Source: Haliotis rufescens | Taxonomy: Eukaryota | DNA: 64,000 nucleotides | NCBI RefSeq assembly: GCF_023055435.1 | Contig: NW_025963813.1 | Span: 17,546,001-17,610,000 of the forward strand | Direction of reading: 5' to 3' | The notes under the pieces: model-generated | Seen by the model: the letters and a program-made list of their open reading frames with translations, nothing else | Told to the model about the DNA's origin: nothing | Database searches by the model: none | Shown here: piece by piece, positions 25,567 to 36,816 of the stretch | How positions within the stretch are numbered: the first letter of the stretch is position 1 | Layout: each line of letters opens with the position of its first letter | Program-made: the position numbers and the translations under genes

Positions 25567-26418
25567 TTATAATATGTACAGTATAAAGTAAATGATTTTT
25601 AATTTGATGGAATGAAATCATAACTGTGATTGTTAGTGGCTGTATCTTCACAGGGGGTTGAAGTATCGTAAAACAATTGTGCCCCTGGTCCGGTATCATT
25701 CAACGTATCATTTCATTTCTCTGTGATTTTAGTCGTAGTATTTTTGTTGATTTTAACTCTTTGGCTAATCTTTCTGATCATCGCCAGTGGCCAGGGTGAT
25801 GGAGTAAATCCTGCTGGGGTACCATGTATGTAGCAGAAGTACCGTATGTCCCCATGGTCCCTAGTATGGTGGCCTAACGTTGGTTGCTGGCGATCTACAG
25901 CCCGTTTTTATATTGTGTCGTCCGTTATAATCTGATTATCTTATTATTCTAAAACTAGTTTTACAATTATAATCTGTGATATTTTACTAGTTGTTGTACT
26001 GTCCTTCGATGACAGGTCTTAATTTTTTATATAAATACATAACTTGCTCAAGTCACGATATGGCTGAAATAATGCCGATGTGACTTTAAATTTTAACTCA
26101 CTCACACTACAACCTGACAACCGAACCCGCGGATCAAAATGAAGCGTTTAATTGATACAGACAGCATGGAAGGTACCTTTGTGAAAAAGTAAGACAAAAC
26201 GATTAGCTGTTTACGGGTGCATTAGATTGCTGAGGAAATCGAAACGGGTACGTATACCTATAGTGTGTCGAAACCAGGGGAAATATGTTTTTACAGAAAA
26301 CGGGCGAAGTATTTAAATATGAACCGTGTCCAGATTAGACAGAATTGAAATCAGGAAGAGTGTGCATGTTTCATTTCAAAGCAAATTGGTATCATATCAA
26401 TAAAATTCGGAAAAGGAC

Positions 26419-26688
26419 ATGTGTGTGGCTGCTTGTACTGGTCCGGACTGATGCCGATTGATAGTGCTAGCCCGCTGAGATACCATGCCACAGTTTAACA
26501 TAAATACCCCACTCAGACACAGTATACTGACCCCGAGTCAACCAGTCCTTGTCCCTTAATGCCGAGTGCCAGACAGAGTAACAACAAGTACCATCTCTTA
26601 ACGTCTTTCGGTATGATACGGCCGGGGAGCGAACCCCGGACCTTCCGCTCTCCGGGCGAACGCTCTACCTCTTGACCACGGAGGCGGT
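26419..26688 (-). mobile_element. SINE family C, lacking tail
   Basis: Homology to family C. Further fragments lie near 9990, 27550, 41445 and 46235. Confidence 0.88.
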
Positions 26689-27056
26689 GTTTGACTATTG
26701 AATAATATCAATTGCACTTTATATATTAACATTTGAATGTGTTTCATAATCTCGACATTCATTTTTTAGTGAATAGCTGATATTGTCTGATCCAGACTCG
26801 ATTATTTACAGACCGCCGCCATGTAGCTGGAATATTGCTGAGTGCGGCGTTGAACAACAAATAAAAATAAAAAGCATTAAGTCTGATTTTTTAATAATAT
26901 AATTGACCCTTTGCAGAAGTTGAGCATATCGTCATTTAATTACGATTTCGACAACGTGTGTCATGTTCTGGACATTCATTCTCCGTGAATAACTGCAAAA
27001 TAAATAATACAGCTTTAGGCAATGTTTACTTACCCACTATCATTTTTGGTTGATAA

Positions 27057-27110
27057 GTCGCTATATGGCTGAAATATTGCCGATGCGACGTTGAATTTTA
27101 AATCACTCAC
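27057..27110 (+). mobile_element. Extremely 5'-truncated LINE 3' end
   Basis: Matches the LINE tail (atatggctgaaatattgccgatg..tcactcac). Flanked by a near-perfect duplication tttt(g/a)gttgataa. Confidence 0.75.
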
Positions 27111-27261
27111 TTTTAGTTGATAAACGTTCACTTCGGTATAAAACACGCAGAACATTCTAATCTCATTTAGACTCTTAACTTTTAATTTTTAACATTATAA
27201 AAACAACACGCTCATTCAACAGTTCTTACAACGGGGGGGGGGGGGGGGGGGGGGGGGGGGG

Positions 27262-27425
27262 TGGCCTGCTATTCGCTGTGCAGAAACCCATGATCATGGA
27301 TTCCAATCCCGGTTCGCCCCGATTATGTGTCTAGGTTTGTCATACCCATGTCATACCCTTGTTCGTGGGTTTCATCGAAGTGGTAAACGTCTGATCATGA
27401 GACCTGCATCACTTCGGGCTTCAAG
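27262..27425 (+). mobile_element. SINE family A partial copy following a 29-nt poly-G
   Basis: Body matches family A. The G run at 27233-27261 sits where the G-rich head should be. Confidence 0.8.
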
Positions 27426-28145
27426 CACTCTACACAACGGAACTTCCTGTCTCACCACTGAAGTTGATTCAAGAGGCTGGACCATGTCAAACGACCATTT
27501 ATCTTGTTTTGCTTACTGTTTGGTTTCTGTACACGAAGAAAAAATATATGTGAGGTGAAGGTGAGGTGAAATGGGGTTTAACGTCGCGTTCAAGAATATT
27601 GCACTTATAGAGCGACATGCATGCACGCGGGTGTGTGCAAACCATTGGGATGCAATTTTATTGCAGCTTGGAGAGATTGCTTGATCTCACCCAAGCGATA
27701 TCTCATGTGTAGACCAGAATGGGATGGTAAATAAGAGTCTACCATACCAAATTTTCTAGTTGAGGAAGGACTAAACAAATTCATCAATTATCAACGTTCT
27801 TACAACTAAATTGACAAACCACTACCTCACAGATCTGCAGATCTGCATAAAGCGTTCAGTCGATAGAAACTGCAAGGATGGAAAGTCTGCTCGTGCGGCA
27901 GTAGACATGGCGCATTGAAGAACACACTCCATTGACGCTTCGGTCAGTATCTGGAAGATTGTTTTGAATAACCCATACAGTTATATTATATGGGGTATAG
28001 GTTTGCATTGATTGCAAAATGTATTCGAAATCACCATTTAATCACTTGTGATTGACCCACAGTGTGGTCATACATTGGATGTGGATTTGTACTGATTGCG
28101 AATTTTTATCATGTTATCACTGTTTGACTGTTTCCTTCTTTATCA

Positions 28146-28515
28146 TGAGGTGAGGTGAGGTGAAATGGGGTTTAACGTCGCGTCCAAGATTATTGCACTT
28201 TTATAGCGACGTGCATGTACGTGTGTGTGTTTGTGTGGCTGCTTGTACTAGTCCGGACTGATGCCGATTTATAGTGCCAGCTCACTGAGATAGCATGCCG
28301 CAAATTAACATGAATACCCCACTCAGACACAGTATACTGACTTCGAGCCGACCAGTCCTTGTTTTATCCCCTTAAAGCCGAGCGCCAGACAGGGTAACAA
28401 AAAGTACCATCTTTTAACGTCTTTCGGTATGACGTCTTTAACGTCTTTCGGCCGGGGATCGAACCCCGGACATTCCGCTCTCCGGACGCTCTACCACTAG
28501 ACCACGGAGGCGGTC
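28146..28515 (-). mobile_element. SINE family C, full length
   Basis: Homology to 53002-53356. Confidence 0.9.
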
Positions 28516-30429
28516 TAACAAATATATGTATTTCAATACAGAACAATAAATAAACAAATGTATATCTATGACGTCCAATTGTAAGACCTCGGACATATGT
28601 TTATGTAAAACAATTTCTGTGAAGGCGATTTTCCCTCAGGTTTTATAAAGTATGGAGTCACAGTGTTAATTACCTTTTGGGGATTCCAACACATTCGGAA
28701 TGGACTGGTTTGTGAAAGTTTTACGATCTTTTAGTTAAATCAGAACTGATAAACACCCCAAGATATATGAAGATAAAGTGGTCAAGGTATCTGTGCAATA
28801 TACATAACATGCCTTTTCTTGCTGAAATAATCATATATACAATGTCAGTTCCACAGAAGGTGAGAGATTCAATAAAATGATGAGACATGCCAACTTTTTA
28901 TTACAAATTGACGCGCCACAGAGGAGACTGGTGTGTGGGTTGGCTGCAATGGCAAAAGATTTATTTGTTTGGGCGGGGGTGCACTAAAGGCAGATAAGCA
29001 ATGTTATCACTCGTTTTAGGGACTATGAACTGTGGACGTGTGGTTATTAGGCGTCGCACGTTTGACTGACCCGTAATGTGAGCAGTAACGTCGATAAAAT
29101 AGTGAACAGAATAATTCCTAATTCTGTGTACATCGGAAGTCAATTTAAAACATTAAAAAGGGGGGCCAGTTGGTTTTGGTCCCTGCAAAGGTTAGTACAT
29201 ACAAGTAGCTCAAGGTATTTTTGTCATGGCCAGACCCAGTTATGGGACGGAGTATAAGCGTTGCTTCAGAGAATGAACATTGAGAGTCAATTAACCAGTG
29301 TGGGATTTTTCATTACAGTTACTGTTGGCCTCATGACCCAACTGTAACTGAAGACTGAGATATTTTAATGACACAAAGAAATTGTTAGTTATTTGAGTTC
29401 AGGACACTATCAACAAAGTTGACACGAAACCCACCCACAGAGTCGCAAATCTTAACTATTTCTTTGCCAAGCAAAAAAACAAGATCTTAGCAACTACCAT
29501 CAATCATAGGAGAAAGCAATAATTGCTAGTAGCCAGTGACACCACACAAGCGTTGCTGTAGACACAGTTAACCTACATAGCACTCCAGAAGGAGAGTTCA
29601 ATTCTCATAGTCTGGGCGCTTGATATTGTGGGAGGGGCTTTTGATGGGGGGTTTTAATGTTGGAAAAGAATAATTTGTACTTTTTTCAAAGGAAATAAGA
29701 AATTTCACTGGAGTTGCTGATTGTAATAAAAAAAATTGTTGATTTTAATGAGTTTTGCTCCGTTGAATGAAAGAAGTGTATGTCTTGAAGCAGTTACAGA
29801 AAAAATATCGGATGTTTTGTTTTGATTAGGGTGTTAAAGGTCATCCACAGGTGTTTGGGGTTTTCAGATATAACCTTTGTATTTTCATTGCAATATTTGT
29901 TTTCGGTAAACACGTTTAATGTGTTTTCTAGTTGTTCAGATAAGCTGCTGTAGACAGTAATGTTTCAAGATGGAAAAGTTATATTTAAGAATACCAATTG
30001 TTTGTTGTGAAGTTCATTTGTAACTAGTCAGAAAGATGTGCTAACACTTTATAAACTTAACCACAAGCCCCTTGGTAACTGAAGAGAGATCATATTTCAA
30101 GTTGAACTGAGACATTGTCTTCGTGAAGGTTAATGATAAAGATACAAAATATAATTTGATTTAGCAAACTTCCGAATGACCGGAATCCAACTTGCTGGAA
30201 ATACCAATTGGTTCCTCTTCGAGATCGGTGGTATTTTTACATGTTATTACAGACTGCGTCTACAACTAGTTAGCATCTACCTGATTATGTCTACAGCAGA
30301 CTTTCAGAACAGAAATTCTTATATACCTGCAATGCAGCATCTGTGTTCCTTCAATATGAATGTGACGTCCATACACTTTGTAGAAGTAGATAGTAGATAG
30401 TCGATAAACTCACGTTGAACATGTGTAAC

Positions 30430-31950
30430 TTTAGTTTATTTAATTATCCGACCAGACCTACACAAGCCAGTCCCGCCAGTGCGTATTCCAGGGCGACAAA
30501 GTGATTAATGGGAGTCATTTATGTGTATGCATGCACTGTATCACTGAAGACGAGGTGCTTGAATGTAGAGGGTTCCTCACTGCTTCGCATTGGTTGGTTT
30601 ATCGTTACATCTTNNNNNNNNNNNNNNNNNNNNNNNNNNNNNNNNNNNNNNNNNNNNNNNNNNNNNNNNNNNNNNNNNNNNNNNNNNNNNNNNNNNNNNN
30701 NNNNNNNNNNNNNNNNNNNNNNNNNNNNNNNNNNNNNNNNNNNNNNNNNNNNNNNNTTCATTTATGAAACTAACACATGTACTTTCTTGATACACGAGTA
30801 AACAGAAACCACACACCACAACTTTCAATTCAAACAGATCTGCACCAGGAGGGTATCAGGTGTTATACAAAGTAATCTGAACGAGCAACCGGATAAAAAT
30901 AGATCAATTGGATCTGATAACCTATAAAAAAATAACCCTAACACACACAAAAGGCACAAAGCAAAACCTTCCAAGGACCAGTATATGTACTAAAACGTGC
31001 GAAAACAACTACAAGCGTGTGATCTTGCTCATTAAAACCAAGAATGAACATACAAAACTCACTAATAGCGAATACGAAGTCTTGTTTCATTACAGAGTGT
31101 AACGCACTCAGACGGGAACGTGACGCAGAGCAAGATGCAAAAACCAAACAACTCATAACTACAGGCCATAAGAGCTTCACCTCTACACCAAAGATAAAAC
31201 ACACAGAATTAAACTGATGGCAAACACGATGTCTAATTTTGTTGAAGAACTTCTCGGAAGCGTTTCAATCGACGCCCATGTTCCTAACTGCCTGTGAAAA
31301 ATACGAGCCATGACTTTGAGTGAAGACTGTAAGTGCAATCGACAGCCAGCGTTGCGAAACAGTTCATCATTTGGAAAGCTATAGTAGCCTCTCATATATC
31401 ACCTGATCGCTCTAAGTAGTTGGTAATTTTGCCATCCTTTACTGTGTTACAACCGCGCCTGTTTTGAAGTTCCTCAAAGGAGATATGTCATTCCCATGAA
31501 CAGCTCTGCCTTGTCCATGGCTTCAAAGCACAGCATACAGACCAGAAAACCGTAACCTGTACTTCTTTCAAGCGCAAAGAGATTCACACTTTGTTTCAAT
31601 TTTGAAGAATAATATGCCACTTAGAACTTGTTCGCTTCAAAGCCAAACCCAACAATTTATGGCTAGAACAAAATGTTCGTTGTGTCCTCTTTGCAACTTA
31701 AATTGAAAAAGACGGTTAGCTTAATTACACCGTGTTTGTTGCTTGACACCTGTCAGGAAGAATCGTGCAATCAAGCCTGGAAAAACAGGAACCTGATTAG
31801 CAGGAATACATTATTTACCTAAAGTAAAACGCTGAAGTGATATCATTCGGTCGAATTTTCTCAGCACTCGTAAAATGTGACGTTTTCCTTTTTTTTATAT
31901 TAAGCAAATTACCAACAAATCGTGTTTTCTGCAGGTTGTCAGCTGATATA
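30430..31950 (+). repeat. Unknown module M, copy 2
   Basis: As copy 1. Spans the N gap. Confidence 0.9.
30614..30756. other. Assembly gap (143 N)
   Basis: Run of N. Confidence 1.
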
Positions 31951-32109
31951 GAGAGTGAAATTCCTTCCTGAAAAATTAAACTGTTTCTATGTACATAACT
32001 TATGTATAGCTATATCTCAACGATTACACTTCACATATTCATAAACAATTGGGATAACTGAATATTGATGGTCTCTTATAGATAAAAACCTTAATCATAA
32101 GAAATTCTG

Positions 32110-32690
32110 ACTATATCAGGACCATATGTTTATCACAAAATCACTATGAAATCGTGATGATACCGGGTGTTCACGAAAAGGTAAGCGCTTCCTGCCCAAC
32201 CGGTGGCATCCGTCACAAACACATGCAAAGGCAAGTCAAATGTTCACCTGAATAAACAAGGGAAACACATGATAGTAAAAAAAATGGAATTGTATCGGAC
32301 ATTAATTTTTTCACAAATTGGAAATGCTTCCATATGTCTACCATAATACTTTTTGAAAGGACCTCTGAAGATCCTGGGTAGAATAGGTCTCCAGCAACCC
32401 AAGCTTACCGTAAAAGGCGACTTTGCTTGTCGTAAGAGGCGACTAACGGGATCGGGTGTCAGGCTGGCTGACTTGGTTGATGCATGAGATTGTATCCCAA
32501 TTGCGTGGATCGATGCTCATGATGTCAATCACTGGATTGTCTGGTCCAGACTCGAATATTTACAGCTGGAATATTGCTGAGTGCGGCGTTAAACAACAAA
32601 CAAACAAACAAACTTTTTGAAAGCTTCACTGAACCTTTTATAGTGTAACCTTGATCAAGCAAATTCTGAGCAAGAGTCGTAAAAGTAAAC
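32110..32690 (-). mobile_element. Penelope-like 3' fragment interrupted by family B
   Basis: Reverse-complement homology to 9060-9340. Related pieces at ~47940-48170 (+) and ~51540-51725 (-). Confidence 0.75.
32361..32612 (+). mobile_element. Family B copy inserted in a Penelope-like fragment
   Basis: Full length. TSD ctttttgaaag. Confidence 0.92.
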
Positions 32691-33383
32691 CCATGTGCAA
32701 TGAATAATTCACAAGTATCAGCTATTGTTGTAGTATTTTATATCTCATTAATCCTCCGTAAAGTCACTAACACAAGCCATGCAAATGAGTTGTCACAAAG
32801 TAATGTCTCCAAACTGATACATATATTGTTGTTTGTTGATTGACAGAGGATGGCAATAGCTGATGAGAACATGACATACGTTGCAGGTCTTTCCTTATTG
32901 CATAAAACTGACATGCCTTGATTTAACTGCAATACTCTTCACATGGGCGCTGACCCAACACACTTATTAAAACATATAAGCCGGGTTAGAATAGGTCTTC
33001 AACAACCCACGCATGCGACTATGCTTGTTGAAAGAGGCGACTAACGGGATCGGGTTGTCAGGTTCGCTGACTTGGTTGAGGCACGTCATCGTATCCCAAT
33101 TGTGTAGATCGATAATCACGGGGTTAGTCCTACTAAATCTAATTTCTATACTAAACTATTCCCAGATGATCCATAAACGCATGAGTAAATCTGATCCCAG
33201 ATGATCTAATGCATGAGTTGACTGAGGAGTATCGACACAGTAGAAGAAGACACATGAGACTATGGGGAATAAAGAGCAAATTTGGCCAATGCTAATTAAT
33301 CCGTTGTACTCAGGTTAAGCAGCGACAGTTGTACACTAAACATATACATCAGATGTAGTAGTTTTCACTCGGGACAACTCCAG

Positions 33384-33490
33384 GGCCCACTTGCACAAAG
33401 CGATCTTAGCGCTAAGATGATCGTACCTCCCATACATTAACATAGGCTTACAATAGTCGTAGCGCTAAGATCGCTTTGTGCAAGTGGGCC
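33384..33490. mobile_element. Short palindromic MITE (PIF/Harbinger-like)
   Basis: Perfect ~30-bp TIRs ggcccacttgcacaaagcgatcttagcgcta with CAG on both sides. Diverged relatives at ~35215-35320 and ~39307-39412. Confidence 0.85.
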
Positions 33491-34454
33491 CAGTGCCCCA
33501 TCTATATGACTAGAATTTAGATTTTTGTATTGCCTTCTTCCTTTAATTGAGGAAGATTTATGAATGAAACAGTATAAATGTATGACCTTGAGAAGGATGC
33601 TGCAAATGCTGCTACTGATCAGTGGCCGTGTCTCCCTTACGGAGTAGACTGACGGAGCTACTCGACTGGGGGGTGTTAGGGGAGAACGTCAACCTTTGAA
33701 TGTGAGAGACTATGAGACTATGATCGAGGATATAGTCATTTTTGTGGTCACTTTGATATTTATCATTGATATTTATATATTTATGTTTTTGAATTAATAT
33801 TATAACATCATGTAAATACTATTAAGGTTTGTTATTATCTGCAGACATGTAAGTTTGCTCTTTGAATTAATTTTGAACCTGCACACCCCTCAGATGAGAA
33901 TGAAATGACTTAGCCCACTTAACAACCCATTCCAATTAGATCTAACAACAAGAAATCACCATGCGTGCATTGCCACATGACCTAATTGATTTTGGGTTTT
34001 CAAAATTATATCAAGTGGAATGACACCTGCTCATGATGGCAATCACTCGATCCAGACTTATTTACAGGCCGCCGTCATATAGCCGGAATATTGCTGAGTG
34101 CGGCATCAAACAAACAAATAAACAAAAATTTCTCCGTACATTGCAAAATGGACATGACAGAGTTACGAAAGTATAAGTACATGTTTTCACAAATAACTTC
34201 GGAACACCATTTCAGAGTACATCCGTAATGTTTCGAGCTGAACAAGGAACAAGGAATGTATGTATTTTCTCAAGTATTCATTTATTTGTAATTGCACAAT
34301 TATTGAAGCATTAATGACCGTATTGATCAAGATGCAGAATAAATCTGTTTCTATATTATTTGCATAAAAGGAAATCTACATTTCCTTGACAGCAAACATT
34401 GCAACATTTACAACATTCACAACATTTCGCAACATTCCAATACAATATGTAATT

Positions 34455-34750
34455 TCGTGTCTATAATTAACAAATGTATCTGGAGATTTGACTAACTCGA
34501 GACAATATGTTTACTAAATGTTATAGATACAATCAAATATTTTAATTTTAGACAGCAAAGTCCATATTGTACATGATTAGTATTGATTGAGGAGATAGAT
34601 AGTCGCTATCTAAATTTCATTAAAGATTATGGGACTACTAAATGAGGCACTGGCTGGCAGTTTACGACGCACAGACACTTTACAGACGCTCATTCGTCTT
34701 GACTGTCGCCAATTCATCCGTTATCTGCCTACAAGTTGTCTGCTGGAACC
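34455..34750 (+). repeat. Block X, left arm of an inverted pair with 43485-43790
   Basis: tagtattgattgaggagatagatagtcgctatctaaa..cattaaagattatggg is present as the reverse complement at 43602-43658. Confidence 0.88.
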
Positions 34751-35487
34751 TTCTCATGACTATGGAAGTGTTTCGTTGCTTTTATTCTAATGGCGTATTA
34801 AGAACAAGAGAAGGTATCTGATTATGATACGCAAATTAGTTGTCATGCTGTCATGGTTGGCACCTGGCCTGCATGAACAGGATAGTATTTTATAACTTGC
34901 CCGTGAAGAGATCACCCGATTTATAAACATACAGTTGTATTACACATTGTGTAATACCAAAGGGCGTGCTTATGTACTCTCGGAACACGTTTCACGAACA
35001 AATACTGAAAGCTCTCCACATCCCTTGGCTTATTCAACGACATGGCGTATGGAGTTGATAGATCACTGAGAGGAGCTTATGCACACTCGATGACCCCAGC
35101 AACCTTGTTGCTAGGCTGACGTCACATGGCATTGTTTCGCCAATGGATCTTGCAACAAAATTCCACAAATTACGTCATCGGGTATTGTGACGTTATTGTA
35201 AACTTTGAGGTGCAAGGCCCGCCTCACAAGGCGATCGTATTGTATGCAACGACAGTCGTTAGTCTAAGTTAAAGTATGTGAGTTGCGATAGTCTTAGCCC
35301 TACAATAATTTTGTGAATTCTAAAGGTGGACCGTTGTATGGTATTAAATTCATACGTTTCAACTTTTGACGTGTTTGAAGTATTATTCTGTTAAACTCAA
35401 TTGGACTATGCCGGGGATCGTGTAGGTGTCAGCCTATTCATACTCAACAGTATAATTCTAAAAGCGTTATAAATGACAAGTAATAAA

Positions 35488-35600
35488 TAAAATACTAAAC
35501 TCGCTCCCGTGTAAAACCAATTTTATGAAAATAAAAAAATGAATATATATCAATTATAAAATTGGTATTACACGGGAGCTCGTTTAGTATTCTATATTTA
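35488..35600. repeat. Palindromic MITE-like inverted repeat
   Basis: aatactaaactcgctcccgtgtaaaaccaattttat ... ataaaattggtattacacgggagctcgtttagtatt. Similar foldbacks at ~19420-19530 and ~50505-50600. Confidence 0.75.
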
Positions 35601-35996
35601 TCACCCACGGGTAAAGGATAACAGAAGATTAGATGAACAGAATATCATCGACAGGACTTTTTATTGTTCAAGGACATTTGTTTCTGACGATATATAAAAA
35701 CAATTCATCTCAGATTTCTATATGTCTTGGCTAACTATATGTCACCAGTTTCCCTTCGGTTCTATGTATTTTTCTTTGAATCTGGATATTTCGATCAATG
35801 GTGTCACAGAGTGACACACCATTTGCTTATAATCTTCCCTATGCTTGATTGACTTGTTTTATATTCTCTAATTTAGTTCGTATCAAGTTTCAGCAGTTAC
35901 GTATGGTTATACCTCCTTGTCAGTCAACCCATTGTTACCAATCCTTAAAATAACAGCAGAGTGATACGGACTCTCCTCATCGCTTTATCCCCATCT

Positions 35997-36816
35997 GGGG
36001 GCACGGGTGGTCCAGTCGTCTACATCTTCCCGAGGCAAGGGAGTTAACTGACTATAAAAGTCCAGTTTCCACCCTTGCCGAACTTGGCTGGTATTATGGA
36101 GTTACATTTTGGCTGGACTAACGAGTCTATGCATAGTCCAATCAAAATCGCGCTCCGAAATCGAAATCCGGTTCGTAAACTGTCGTGCAGATTTCGATCG
36201 ATTGGAGGATTTGCAAAGCATGTGCACCGCTAACTGGTTGTCAACAGATATTTTCTAAATCTTGTCATGTTTTTAATCAAGGTGCTTACGTGATTTGATG
36301 CATTTCGCGATGTAAGACCCGTTTTATCACAATATAGACCTTGATTATCGATCAGATCATCTTGACTGGGCGCCGCCGTTATGTTTGAAGCAAATGCAAG
36401 TGATACGAGTGATGGAATCTGATTGGTCCATAGGAGAGGCATAGAAGGGTCATAACTCGTAAAAGCCACTGGTGGCGCTACGATCGAGCCCAGGAATTCC
36501 AGCCTAGTTCGGCAAGGGTGGAAACTGGACTTTTAAAGTCAGTTAACTCTCTTGACTCGGGAAGATGAGTCGTCTAAGGCGCCGCGATTCGCTGTGCAGA
36601 GTTGCGTCCCTTGAACACGCCAGAAACCTATAACCTATGGGGATTATGTTTCTAGGTTTGTCAGCACCATACCCGTGCCATCGTGGGTTTCACCGAAGTG
36701 GTAAACGTCTGAGGCCTGCATCATTTCGGGCTTCCCTCCCACATTAAGCTGACACGCCGTGATATAACTGGAATAATGTTAAAAGCGGCGCTAAACCCAA
36801 CTCACTCAGTCACTCA
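35997..36816 (+). mobile_element. SINE family A copy split by a MITE
   Basis: Head 35997-36022, remainder 36568-36816. TSD ctttatccccatct. Confidence 0.93.
36023..36567. mobile_element. 545-bp non-autonomous DNA transposon, Mutator-like by TSD length
   Basis: ~70-bp near-perfect TIRs (catcttcccgag...gccgaact) and a 9-bp TSD agtcgtcta. Confidence 0.9.

Larger units (their letters stand above)
20048..26107 (+). mobile_element. Full-length non-LTR retrotransposon, I group (Nimb-like), disabled
   Basis: TSD tacaacctga at 20038-20047 and 26108-26117. ~685-nt 5' UTR, gag-like ORF1, APE-RT-RNase H-CCHC ORF2, 3' tail ending in ACTC repeats. Confidence 0.95.
28870..31950 (+). repeat. Segmental duplicate of 1-~4780, lacking the Tc1 and the SINE-A-bearing segment
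   Basis: Colinear homology throughout, for example ggcgtcgcacgtttgactgacccg at 201 and 29050. Confidence 0.95.

Noticed and set aside
27233-27261. Poly-G as a G-quadruplex element
   Set aside because: It coincides with the G-rich start of a SINE A copy, so slippage or a sequencing artefact is more likely.
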